Shown here: in pieces, positions 27,868 through 35,977 of the stretch | Layout: every line of letters begins with the position of its first letter | How positions within the stretch are numbered: the first letter of the stretch is position 1 | Virus record (IMG/VR): IMGVR_UViG_3300022666_000336 | Location: 1 to 39,515 of that record | Source of the DNA: a virus | Lineage: Duplodnaviria; Caudoviricetes | Reading direction: 5' to 3' (one strand) | DNA: 39,515 bases | Translations under genes and position numbers: made by a program | Notes under the pieces: model-generated | Told to the model about the DNA's origin: nothing | The model's input: only the letters and a program-made list of their open reading frames with translations | The model's database searches: none

Positions 27868-28215
27868 TTACGCCGCCTTCCAGACGCTTGCGAACGCCTT
27901 GTGCGCTTTTGGATTTGATACTGATTCGTATCTGACAAAACTTATGAGATTGTCCTTCTTTGCCTTCAGGATTATTCCTCCGAACGCCCTCTCACTCGGA
28001 GGACGGTCAAGACCGCGAGAGTATGCCCACGCGCGGAAATATTCTGCCTGGAATGGCACGCTGCCCTGGGCACGGAGAAAATTTATCAGGTAATCCATGG
28101 CGCGAATTTTCCACCCGGGGAGTTCACATTCTGCGTGGTTCAATGACCGTTCGATTCCCCGTTCTCTTAGCGCGGTTCCATCGAGCGGTAATTTTTCCTG
28201 TGTCAGAGTTTGCAT
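27868..28215 (-). CDS. Hypothetical phage protein
   Basis: 115 aa ORF coupled to neighbours; PPSERAFG motif. Confidence 0.65.
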   Translation of the reverse strand: MQTLTQEKLPLDGTALRERGIERSLNHAECELPGWKIRAMDYLINFLRAQGSVPFQAEYFRAWAYSRGLDRPPSERAFGGIILKAKKDNLISFVRYESVSNPKAHKAFASVWKAA

Positions 28216-28568
28216 GATAGATACTCCTCAATGATTTTTATGGCATCTTCCGACGATCTGCATATCTCGTAACAACCCCTTCCGATTTGCGTGAGGTTAT
28301 ACATCCATTGACGCTGTGGATCAGACTGTTTCCCGTTTTCCGATTTCATCTCAATCCATAGGCAGTTGTATTCCCCGCGGGCAACCGGCAGACAGATGTC
28401 AGGGACTCCGGCCTTGACGCCGGACTTTTTCAGGTTCACGGCTTCAATGACGTTCCTTGAACCCCCGTTCGGTATGGCAAACATCAGCTTTAATTCTGGA
28501 TATTTTCCTGATTGCCATGCCGCCCAATTGAATAATGCTGTCTGTTCTGCGCGTTCAAGTTGCCGCAT
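28203..28568 (-). CDS. VRR-NUC domain nuclease
   Basis: FAIPNGGSR, GVKAGVPD, IEMK, Q..W motifs. Confidence 0.92.
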   Translation of the reverse strand: MRQLERAEQTALFNWAAWQSGKYPELKLMFAIPNGGSRNVIEAVNLKKSGVKAGVPDICLPVARGEYNCLWIEMKSENGKQSDPQRQWMYNLTQIGRGCYEICRSSEDAIKIIEEYLSCKL

Positions 28569-28695
28569 AAAACCTCATATGTTATTCGGGGTACTCTCGA
28601 TTTGTTTTGAGACCACCTGAATAGCCGGTACCTTTAGGAGTTAAAAGATCGTCGTCGGTTTCCTGCCGAACGTCAGCCGATTTCCCCCGAAAGAT

Positions 28696-29121
28696 TTAAA
28701 CCAGTTTTACTCCACGCGGCGGCGGATCCGTGCCGTACACCGATCGGTATGCGTCTTTGTATACGGACCACTCGAATCCAAAACCATCTTTAATCATTCT
28801 CGCCATGAGCGATATTTGATCTGCCTTGCCGTAATAATTTGCGTTTTTGATTTTGTATTTCTTTGCGAATTTATGAAACGTGTCCCATTGAAACTGACAG
28901 ATGCCGTATGAGTTGTAATTATCTCCATAAACGCCCTTATGCCGTCCACTAGACTCTCGGTGTATTATTTCCTTAATCAGTTTCTGAAATTTCAATTCTT
29001 TCTGGTGTCGCGCGTCCGATTCTACCTGACGTATAATTGTTTGCGACGCGTTTGAAGCGCAGTTAATAAATATGATGGTAGAGATAAGCAAAGCGGTAGT
29101 AATTAGGATGTGTCGCCTCAT
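28696..29121 (-). CDS. Exported lysozyme-like/lytic transglycosylase protein
   Basis: Hydrophobic N-terminus; IIHRESSG and YGICQF..TF motifs. Confidence 0.7.
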   Translation of the reverse strand: MRRHILITTALLISTIIFINCASNASQTIIRQVESDARHQKELKFQKLIKEIIHRESSGRHKGVYGDNYNSYGICQFQWDTFHKFAKKYKIKNANYYGKADQISLMARMIKDGFGFEWSVYKDAYRSVYGTDPPPRGVKLV

Positions 29122-29288
29122 TCTCCCTCCTTTGCCACGATTGATGCCTCTATCTCGTCGCAGGTTTCGTTTATGCTGGCCTCGATAAATTCAGCCTCAT
29201 GTATGCTCGTAGCGAACGCCTGCTTTTTTGCGTAACTTCTTATCTCTTGCAGCTTTTCCTTCAGGTTAACATTTGCGAGAGTCAGCAT
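29118..29288 (-). CDS. Hypothetical 56 aa protein (not in ORF track)
   Basis: MLTLANVNLKEKLQEIRSY...; GAGG RBS; ATGA overlap with next gene. Confidence 0.55.
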   Translation of the reverse strand: MLTLANVNLKEKLQEIRSYAKKQAFATSIHEAEFIEASINETCDEIEASIVAKEGE

Positions 29289-29300
29289 ACTTTTCCTCTC

Positions 29301-29405
29301 CTATCTCGCCCAAAATACTGCGATATGGACTGTCATGTATAAGGCTGTAAATACCAAAGCGAACCAGCACACATCGTCTATCAACTCTCTCCATGCTGTT
29401 TTCAC
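29301..29405 (-). CDS. Putative 34 aa membrane peptide (not in ORF track)
   Basis: GTG start overlapping the upstream TGA, GGAGG RBS; MKTAWRELIDDVCWFALVFTALYMTVHIAVFWAR. Confidence 0.45.
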   Translation of the reverse strand: MKTAWRELIDDVCWFALVFTALYMTVHIAVFWAR

Positions 29406-29638
29406 AGTCCCACCTCCGACAACAGTTTTGCGATGCTATCAGCAGAATCCTGAATCCGAGCCTGATAGGTCAGCGTCTGATCGGGAGTCTCGGCCTTGTT
29501 AATCATCTCCACGTTGCACATGATGACCTGCAAATGATTCCTGATATCATGCGCCAGGTGCTTAGTCGCGGGACATATTTCGGAGAGACCCTGCAGAGTT
29601 TGCAGGTATTCTTTTTTCTGTTCTACTGTGATAGGCAT
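29402..29638 (-). CDS. Stand-alone HisKA/Spo0B-like phosphoacceptor helical hairpin (78 aa)
   Basis: LAHDIRNHLQVI H-box; strong AAGGAG RBS before ATG at 29638. Confidence 0.65.
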   Translation of the reverse strand: MPITVEQKKEYLQTLQGLSEICPATKHLAHDIRNHLQVIMCNVEMINKAETPDQTLTYQARIQDSADSIAKLLSEVGL

Positions 29639-29927
29639 TGATAAACTCCTTTCAGGGAGGCGGGGCGGTGATGAGCCGCCCCTATGGTAATCGCTCTGGG
29701 GAGAGCGTGGCACTGTTGTGTCTCGGTTCCCCATGCCGTATGGATGCACCATCAAATCTCTAACCGGCACCGTCACCGAAAACCGTGTCTTGTTATAGTG
29801 GGGCTTTGCTCTGGCGTCGGCCCTATAAAAAGCTTGTCCTGTTCACCCGCCAGACTCCTAGGACAGGGTATGACTCAGCAGCGTACTCCGCGAACATACG
29901 CATACGCTCAAAGCCCCTTCGGGGTTT

Positions 29928-30077
29928 TCAAATCAAAACGTAAAAAAGCGCAATCGCAAAACAGGCCACCGCCACCCTGCTCAGGGCGTGCATACGTCGG
30001 TCGTGGCTCAGATCATCCAGACAGTCCGGGCAGCAGTCAGCTTTGTAATCTCCGTGCTCCATGCAGCAATACGACAT
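29928..30077 (-). CDS. Putative 49 aa Cys-rich membrane-anchored peptide (not in ORF track)
   Basis: GGAGG RBS; MSYCCMEHGDYKADCCPDC... with hydrophobic C-terminus VAVACFAIALFYVLI. Confidence 0.5.
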   Translation of the reverse strand: MSYCCMEHGDYKADCCPDCLDDLSHDRRMHALSRVAVACFAIALFYVLI

Positions 30078-30089
30078 GACATACCTCCC

Positions 30090-30500
30090 CTACTTCTTGG
30101 ATTTTTCCCACTGACGGATAGTTTCAAGTTCTTCTTGGGCTTTTTTTCTCAGCGACCGCTCTTTTTCTAGCTCCATCTCCAGATTAGATTTGAGCCTGTA
30201 CAAACCGCACCCGTTGGTCAATGCCAGGTAGCGGAGTGGAATATCGGTTGTTCTTCTGATAAAATCGTTTATTGCTTCGGGCGGAAAGTTTTTCTTTTGG
30301 GCAGGGTCGTCTGACAGGCAAAGAGATAATGTGCTTTCGTCTATTTTGTGCCCGTCCTCTTGGAGTTCTATGGCAATGACCTTGTATGATTTCCCGGACC
30401 TAAGGGCGCTCAAGCGTAAAGATTGCTTGAAATTCCTACAATTGATCATTATTTCTTTATCAGTCGTTTCTTCCAAAAAAGTAAATCTTTCCTGATACAT
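30090..30500 (-). CDS. CII-like transcriptional regulator
   Basis: HTH-like KSYKVIAIEL...IDESTLS; position directly after the cro-like gene. Confidence 0.6.
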   Translation of the reverse strand: MYQERFTFLEETTDKEIMINCRNFKQSLRLSALRSGKSYKVIAIELQEDGHKIDESTLSLCLSDDPAQKKNFPPEAINDFIRRTTDIPLRYLALTNGCGLYRLKSNLEMELEKERSLRKKAQEELETIRQWEKSKK

Positions 30501-30570
30501 AGACCGCCTCCTATAATCAGCGAAAAAACTAATTTACTCGCCTTTACTCGCCCTTTTTGGATAAAATTTT

Positions 30571-30786
30571 TTAGCTTGCTACCTTTTTAAGCAAAGGGTT
30601 AGCCCGCAAATACATCTTCCGAAGTCTTGGTGAAATGTAAGCTATGGCTGGTTTTTTTGTTAATTTCGATAGAGCAATGGCCAGATCTTCGCTTTCGGTA
30701 AAAAGGACGCCAGTTTTTACCCGTGAGACGAAAACCTCTGACATTTGCAGTTGCTCGGCTATTGTTTTTTGTTTTTGCTTTCTCAT
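30571..30786 (-). CDS. Cro-like HTH regulator
   Basis: KQKTIAEQLQMSEVFVSRVKTG HTH; divergent from repressor; start 30786 fits the promoter. Confidence 0.8.
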   Translation of the reverse strand: MRKQKQKTIAEQLQMSEVFVSRVKTGVLFTESEDLAIALSKLTKKPAIAYISPRLRKMYLRANPLLKKVAS

Positions 30787-30794
30787 AATTACAA

Positions 30795-30823
30795 ATATTA
30801 GCCAATCAACTAACATTTGTCAA
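30795..30823 (-). promoter_or_regulatory. PR-like sigma70 promoter
   Basis: TTGACA-17 bp-TAATAT on the minus strand, 8 nt before the cro ATG. Confidence 0.8.
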
Positions 30824-30872
30824 TAGTTTTTTTAGTCATTCGTTTATTGTAATTAATTAGCCAAAAGGATAT
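30798..30872. promoter_or_regulatory. OR-like operators (three 16-bp sites)
   Basis: TTAGCCAATCAACTAA (30798), TTAGTCATTCGTTTAT (30832), TTAGCCAAAAGGATAT (30857); consensus TTAGCC-N4-GGCTAA. Confidence 0.7.
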
Positions 30873-30875
30873 TAT
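30847..30875 (+). promoter_or_regulatory. PRM-like promoter for the repressor
   Basis: TTGTAA-17 bp-TATTAT, 6 nt before the ATG at 30882. Confidence 0.55.
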
Positions 30876-30881
30876 TTTTTC

Positions 30882-31346
30882 ATGGAAAAGAAACCGAAAA
30901 AAGTACCAGAATGCGTTAAGAAGTTGACAGCTAACATACAGCGAGTAATTAATGACAGGGGAATAAAATCATACCAGTTTGCTGGAAAGGTTCACAACCA
31001 CGCGGTTACGGTAAGCGACATACTCAATAATAAGGTGCCAAATGTATCATTTGAATTTGCCTATAATGCATCAAAGGCCCTGGAAATATCGCTGGACGAT
31101 CTTGCGTCACATAAAATAGTGGAGCCAAAATACGACCCGATTATCTATAGAATCATTTCAATCATGCAGGAATTGCCACCGGAAAAGAAACAAGAGGTAT
31201 TAAAATACGCTGAGGAAAAGAAAATACTTTCCGTGGTAAAAAATGACAAAGCTTCCGCCATAAGAGGAAAACAGGACACCGAAATGCTGTCAAGCCTCGT
31301 TACAATGGTCAAACCGGAAAGGAAAGGCAAAAAAAAGATACTTTAA
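30882..31346 (+). CDS. CI-like XRE repressor without S24 peptidase domain
   Basis: XRE HTH (SYQFAGKV...TVSDILN...SKALEISLDDL); divergent from cro. Confidence 0.82.
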   Translation: MEKKPKKVPECVKKLTANIQRVINDRGIKSYQFAGKVHNHAVTVSDILNNKVPNVSFEFAYNASKALEISLDDLASHKIVEPKYDPIIYRIISIMQELPPEKKQEVLKYAEEKKILSVVKNDKASAIRGKQDTEMLSSLVTMVKPERKGKKKIL

Positions 31347-31626
31347 TCTTTTTTGATTTCGGGGAATTTTATTACATTGCTTCCTTGTATAGCGGATGGG
31401 CATCTCTCTTTTAATAACGCGGAATAAATAACATGAAGGCGAGGTTTTACTTCGTCAAAATAATTTTTGAAAATGCATTCATCACACTTATGAACAAACT
31501 CTAAAACCTTATCCATGTATCCTCCGTTGTATGATTAAGCTTAACAATAATTATTTTTATAATATCTTTTTATGATATCATAAATTACAGTCATATGATG
31601 AGTGACTAAACACAAAGGAGCATGAA

Positions 31627-32340
31627 ATGAACAATAAATTGCACATTTTTGCGGTATTTTTTGCATTTTTTATGATCAGCCCTCTATTTGCTGATGATCG
31701 TCCTAGCTATATGATTCAGTATGAAGGCTGCAATGTTGAATGTTTAAAACTTCCCGACCCGTCTGCCAATTTTAACAAAACATTTAAGCTGGACGAAGAG
31801 GCAATGAAAAATAGAAAAATCTGCTTTGATAAGTGTTCTGCTGAAAAAGATGCGGCCCTTACTAGAATAAGAATCGCGGAAGAAGAACGAAAAGAAAAAC
31901 TTGCCCAGGAGCAGAAGGCATTGCAGGAAAAAGCCGCACAAGAAGCCGCCATTGAAGATGCAAAAAAAGAGCGGCAGAAAGAAGAGCATCTGCTCAAGAT
32001 TATCGGCAAGAAAACCCTTCAGGAATGTAAGCAAAAAATATACTATTTTGAGAACCTATTGGTAATGAATCCCTATGATGCTGCGGGTAAATGTTTTCTT
32101 CTCCAAACGTCTCCCATGGCGCACATGCAGATTCTTAGCAGGACAACCGGATTAATTCTCTATCCGGATCAATCGGTATATGTCGATTTTGGAAAGCAAT
32201 CAGTACCGGCAAAAAACGACATGAGGACCTTTGTTGTCAAGGGCGATCAGAAACCTTTTAAATATAAATCCACCGCAGGCGCTCTTACCACAGCGGTGAA
32301 AGTGCGCGCACTGAAAGACATAACTGAAGAATATGAATGA
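31627..32340 (+). CDS. Secreted protein of the immunity region
   Basis: Signal peptide ending PLFA-DD; coiled-coil middle; six Cys; AAGGAG RBS; AT-rich. Confidence 0.7.
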   Translation: MNNKLHIFAVFFAFFMISPLFADDRPSYMIQYEGCNVECLKLPDPSANFNKTFKLDEEAMKNRKICFDKCSAEKDAALTRIRIAEEERKEKLAQEQKALQEKAAQEAAIEDAKKERQKEEHLLKIIGKKTLQECKQKIYYFENLLVMNPYDAAGKCFLLQTSPMAHMQILSRTTGLILYPDQSVYVDFGKQSVPAKNDMRTFVVKGDQKPFKYKSTAGALTTAVKVRALKDITEEYE

Positions 32341-32361
32341 TTTTTTAAGAACGGAGAAAAT

Positions 32362-32607
32362 ATGGGCGTACAAAAAGAAGCTTTGGCCGCAATGTTAATG
32401 TTACTCACTCAGACAATAAAAGCTAATGGCGATCTTTACGCTGATGTCTCCGCTTTGAGTTCTGTCGTTTTCGCGCTTTCTCCTGAAGCAAGTAACGCTT
32501 TGGAGGAACAAAGGGTCTTGGAGCGCGATAAAATTCAAAAAGAGATTCAGACACTCGAAGAAGCGATTGAGCGCATAAGGATAATTCTTTCCAAGTCAGT
32601 GAATTAG
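32362..32607 (+). CDS. Hypothetical coiled-coil protein
   Basis: 81 aa ORF with GGAG RBS. Confidence 0.55.
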   Translation: MGVQKEALAAMLMLLTQTIKANGDLYADVSALSSVVFALSPEASNALEEQRVLERDKIQKEIQTLEEAIERIRIILSKSVN

Positions 32608-32756
32608 TTTTTTTCATATAATGCACCTCACATTCTGATCCGTCACATCATTCCCCTCTCTTTCTGTAATCTCTTTAAATTTCCGTAACTTAACATTCAT
32701 AAAATACCTCCGTAGCAAAACACTACCAGAAGAATATTTCCCTGTCCAGAAAAATA

Positions 32757-32809
32757 TTAGCATATCGGCTATCTTTTCACTTGACATTTATTAGCCTTTC
32801 GGTTAATAT
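32757..32809 (+). promoter_or_regulatory. PL-like promoter with two OL-like operators
   Basis: TTGACA(32781)-17 bp-TAATAT(32804); operators TTAGCATATCGGCTAT (32757) and TTAGCCTTTCGGTTAA (32791). Confidence 0.82.
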
Positions 32810-32920
32810 TTATTCATTCAATCCACCCTCCCCGGACCAGTGCGGAATGGACCGGCATAACCGGAACGACAACCTGCCGGGGAGGAAGCGGTAAAAGGTA
32901 AGCCGCTGAAGGAGGGCAAT

Positions 32921-33058
32921 ATGTTTCAGGTGAAGTTTGAAGCAACAATTGTTTCTGGTTCTAATGAAGATGTCGTGGAATTAATAAGAGACCAGGTTTT
33001 TGAAGCAATCGAGGCTCTTGGATTTGCCGTTGAAGATGTTGCAGTGAAAAAAATCTAA
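32921..33058 (+). CDS. Hypothetical acidic 45 aa protein, first early gene (not in ORF track)
   Basis: AAGGAGG RBS; MFQVKFEATIVSGSNEDVVELIRDQVFEAIEALGFAVEDVAVKKI. Confidence 0.6.
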   Translation: MFQVKFEATIVSGSNEDVVELIRDQVFEAIEALGFAVEDVAVKKI

Positions 33059-33077
33059 TACGGAGGGCTATATTGCT

Positions 33078-33347
33078 ATGGTTAACTGGACAAAGATATC
33101 AAAATTCGAAGCGGCATTAATCGCGAAAATAGCAAAAAGAGCACAGCAATACGGAAATACTGACAGCCTCTTGTCAATCGAGATGGACATATCGGCCGCG
33201 CATTTAGAATGCCCGATGCGTCTCAACGAGCTTCTTGATGCCAAAGACTTTGATTTTTTCCATGACGTATTCGGCATAAGACAGCACATCAATCGCAAAA
33301 CCGGAAAGCTTGAAGGTTGCTTCGTACCTAGATATGCAATGAAGTAG
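33078..33347 (+). CDS. Conserved phage protein (DUF6874-like)
   Basis: MDISAAH..P..L..LL.A.DFDFFHDVFGI..H.NR.TGKL..CFVPRYA. Confidence 0.72.
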   Translation: MVNWTKISKFEAALIAKIAKRAQQYGNTDSLLSIEMDISAAHLECPMRLNELLDAKDFDFFHDVFGIRQHINRKTGKLEGCFVPRYAMK

Positions 33348-33358
33348 CGGGAGGTCGT

Positions 33359-33637
33359 ATGTACACACCGGGACCGTGGGAAGTAAGAACCGAAGAACCA
33401 TTTACAAACGAAATATTTGGAATTGATCGCGGAGGTATGCGTGTTCTGAGAGCTAAAGCATACGGAAGTTGTGCGGAAGAAATTTCAGATAACGCCCACC
33501 TGATAGCCGCAGCACCGGAACTGCTGCAACAATTAGAATCCGCCGTAGTGTGGCTTGAAGACGGTGGCCCGGCAAAAGAAAGAGAAAATGCTATTGCATT
33601 TATGAAAGAGACCATTGCCAAGGCCGAGGGCAGATAG
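33359..33637 (+). CDS. Conserved phage early protein
   Basis: TPGPW and NAHLIAAAPELL motifs common in small phage early proteins. Confidence 0.75.
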   Translation: MYTPGPWEVRTEEPFTNEIFGIDRGGMRVLRAKAYGSCAEEISDNAHLIAAAPELLQQLESAVVWLEDGGPAKERENAIAFMKETIAKAEGR

Positions 33638-33638
33638 C

Positions 33639-33803
33639 ATGGATACTCTCATAGATTTTTTGCAGCAGAAGCGCCGGGAACTATGTACCTGCAACAAGCT
33701 GTTTACGGTGCATAAGTTTCACGCGGAGGATTGCAAGTATCGGGAGTTTTCACAGCGGTACTGGGAGGGACGGGAAAATGAGCGAAAAGACGATGGAAAT
33801 TGA
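33639..33803 (+). CDS. Small Cys/His protein
   Basis: Likely start MDTLIDF; CTC...H..H...C. Confidence 0.45.
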   Translation: MDTLIDFLQQKRRELCTCNKLFTVHKFHAEDCKYREFSQRYWEGRENERKDDGN

Positions 33804-34053
33804 GGGTGATTTCAACTTTCGGGGCCAAACGTTAGGAGTAATGGCCACGGTTGAATATCAGGCAGACAAGTACGGAATTATTGAATACCTCGACATCACA
33901 AAACTGCTTATTCACTCCGACCGCCGAGACCATGACGTTGAGGCCAGTGCACGATTCATCAGAAAATTTCAAGAAGAGAAATGGAATTACCTTGAAGGCA
34001 AATGTCAGGACAACGAAAAATATCTTGAAGAACTCTACCGAGGTGCGGCATGA
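33778..34053 (+). CDS. Hypothetical protein
   Basis: 91 aa ORF coupled to neighbours. Confidence 0.6.
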   Translation: MSEKTMEIEGDFNFRGQTLGVMATVEYQADKYGIIEYLDITKLLIHSDRRDHDVEASARFIRKFQEEKWNYLEGKCQDNEKYLEELYRGAA

Positions 34054-34535
34054 GAAAACTTATCCTTGCTCTATTGTTCCTTGCAGCTTGCGGGAATGAA
34101 AACAGCGGAGAGGGTGTAAATCAATGGGTAAACAGTTCCCCTGTCATTCAGGCAATCACGGCTTCCAACGATTTATACCTTGGTGCAGAAGCATGGCTGT
34201 ACCCTCCCTATCACGGCGTTGCGGAGTTACGAAGCAGAGAAATACAGCTTCCCCCGAATCAGTCAGTAGGGCTTATCGCAACGGTATCTATGACAACAAA
34301 GGGTTGCCCGAATGATACCACGTATAGTGAGGTTATGGCGCAGATAGAGATTGATGGTATGAGATACTTCCCGATAATCGTGAAAACCAAAGAGCAAGGG
34401 AGTGTGAATACATTTGTTACTTTCATGCCTCCGGCGAATTACGGAGATGGAAAAATGACTTTTATAATTGCCGGGGACGGATGCAATCTGGACTGGGAAA
34501 TACAGGGAAGGCTCATTATAGAGCCGCAGTCATAA
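34050..34535 (+). CDS. Putative lipoprotein
   Basis: MRKLILALLFLAA-C lipobox; beta-rich body. Confidence 0.7.
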   Translation: MRKLILALLFLAACGNENSGEGVNQWVNSSPVIQAITASNDLYLGAEAWLYPPYHGVAELRSREIQLPPNQSVGLIATVSMTTKGCPNDTTYSEVMAQIEIDGMRYFPIIVKTKEQGSVNTFVTFMPPANYGDGKMTFIIAGDGCNLDWEIQGRLIIEPQS

Positions 34536-34550
34536 CATAAGGAGGAAGTT

Positions 34551-35411
34551 ATGGGAAACAACAACGAAGTAATGGTTCAACAGTTTGAAGATGTAGCGCC
34601 TATTGCGGACGATTTTCTGCTTGCCGTGGCAGATCAGGCGGAAAAACGGATTGACGCGGTAATCAAGATAAAGAACATCGCGCTCAAGGTTACGAACGCG
34701 CGGGACTGGACCGACCAGAACGGAAACCCGTATTTGCAGGTGTCCGGATCGGAAAAGATCGCCAACCTGTTCAACATCTCATGGAGAATTGAAGAGCCCA
34801 GATGCGAGGAAGAACCGGACGGTCATTTCACCTACAGCATCAAGGGCACGTTCTCAATTGCTGGTCGGACAATTGAAGTTGAAGGCACCCGGTCTAGCAA
34901 AGACCCGTTTTTCAACCGATACGATAAAAACGGTCCGAAAGATGCAAACGGAAGGCCGACGCAGTTATTGCCTCCGTCTGCCATAGATAAGGGTGACGTG
35001 AAGAAAGCGGCACTCACCAATCTTTTCGGCAACGGTATCACCCGCATGCTCGGAATCAGAAACCTGAACTGGTCTGACCTTGAAAAGTACGCTGGTATAA
35101 CCAAGAGCATGGTAACAAATAAAATATCGTACAACCAGCGCGAGGCTGGCACAGACAAGCCGCCTATCCAGCAGCCGGAAGCGAAAAAGGAAAATCAGGA
35201 AAACGGCTCGCATGCGCACGTTATCTCAGAAGCGCAGCGCAAACGCTATTATGCAATAGCGAAGGGCACCGGGGCAACGGACGACCAGATCAAGGAATGG
35301 CTTTTCCGTGAATTCGGTTTTGAGTCCAGCAGCCACATCACCACGGATGTATACGATGACGTATGCAACCGCATAAAGCAGGAACTTGGAGAGCCCGGTT
35401 CCAAAGGCTAA
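34551..35411 (+). CDS. Putative single-strand annealing recombinase (Rad52/Sak-like)
   Basis: PYLQVSGSEKIANLF, VKKAALTN and C-terminal ISEAQRKRYYAI domain; adjacent to exonuclease. Confidence 0.55.
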   Translation: MGNNNEVMVQQFEDVAPIADDFLLAVADQAEKRIDAVIKIKNIALKVTNARDWTDQNGNPYLQVSGSEKIANLFNISWRIEEPRCEEEPDGHFTYSIKGTFSIAGRTIEVEGTRSSKDPFFNRYDKNGPKDANGRPTQLLPPSAIDKGDVKKAALTNLFGNGITRMLGIRNLNWSDLEKYAGITKSMVTNKISYNQREAGTDKPPIQQPEAKKENQENGSHAHVISEAQRKRYYAIAKGTGATDDQIKEWLFREFGFESSSHITTDVYDDVCNRIKQELGEPGSKG

Positions 35412-35413
35412 TA

Positions 35414-35977
35414 ATGCTCACTCTCGATGAAAATCATATTTACCGAATAGACGGTAAAGAGCTTGATGGCGTGACCGCGGTAATAAAAGCTTGCGGGTTC
35501 ATGCCGTCAAGCGATTTTATTGATCCATGGTACCTGGGCCGCGGTGAGGCCGTCCATACAGCCCTTGAATTATATGTGCTGGGCACGCTGGACGAATCAA
35601 CAATTGATCCGCGCATAGCGGGATTTGTCGAAAGCGGTAAAAAATATCTTGCTGATCATCCGGTGAAAAAAGAACACATTGAACTGAAACTGCACGACCC
35701 TGTTTATTGGTACGCCGGGAAGATAGACACCATTCATGGCGACTATAAAACAGGAGCAAAAGAAAAATGGCACATATATCAGGTTGCCGCATACCGCAAT
35801 CTGCTCAAAATAAATAAAGAGCCTTACGAATTCATGAACGAAACAATTTACCTTCAGGAAGACGGGAATTATCCAAAAATAGAGCCGTATACGGTTCAAA
35901 AACTTATCAGCGCCGAGAACACCTTCAAGTGCATGCTGAACGTTTACCGGGCGCGAAAGGAGATGGGATTGCCATGA
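35414..35977 (+). CDS. PD-(D/E)xK Cas4/RecB-like exonuclease
   Basis: GVT, RGEAVH, YAGKID, DYKTG, QVAAY motifs; likely start MLTLDENHIY. Confidence 0.82.
   Translation: MLTLDENHIYRIDGKELDGVTAVIKACGFMPSSDFIDPWYLGRGEAVHTALELYVLGTLDESTIDPRIAGFVESGKKYLADHPVKKEHIELKLHDPVYWYAGKIDTIHGDYKTGAKEKWHIYQVAAYRNLLKINKEPYEFMNETIYLQEDGNYPKIEPYTVQKLISAENTFKCMLNVYRARKEMGLP

Noticed and set aside
29639-29776. N-terminal extension of the H-box ORF given in the track
   Set aside because: Strong RBS supports ATG 29638; the extension crosses a hairpin-rich region
35414-35977. Cas4 as part of a CRISPR-Cas system
   Set aside because: No other cas genes or array; sits in a recombination module
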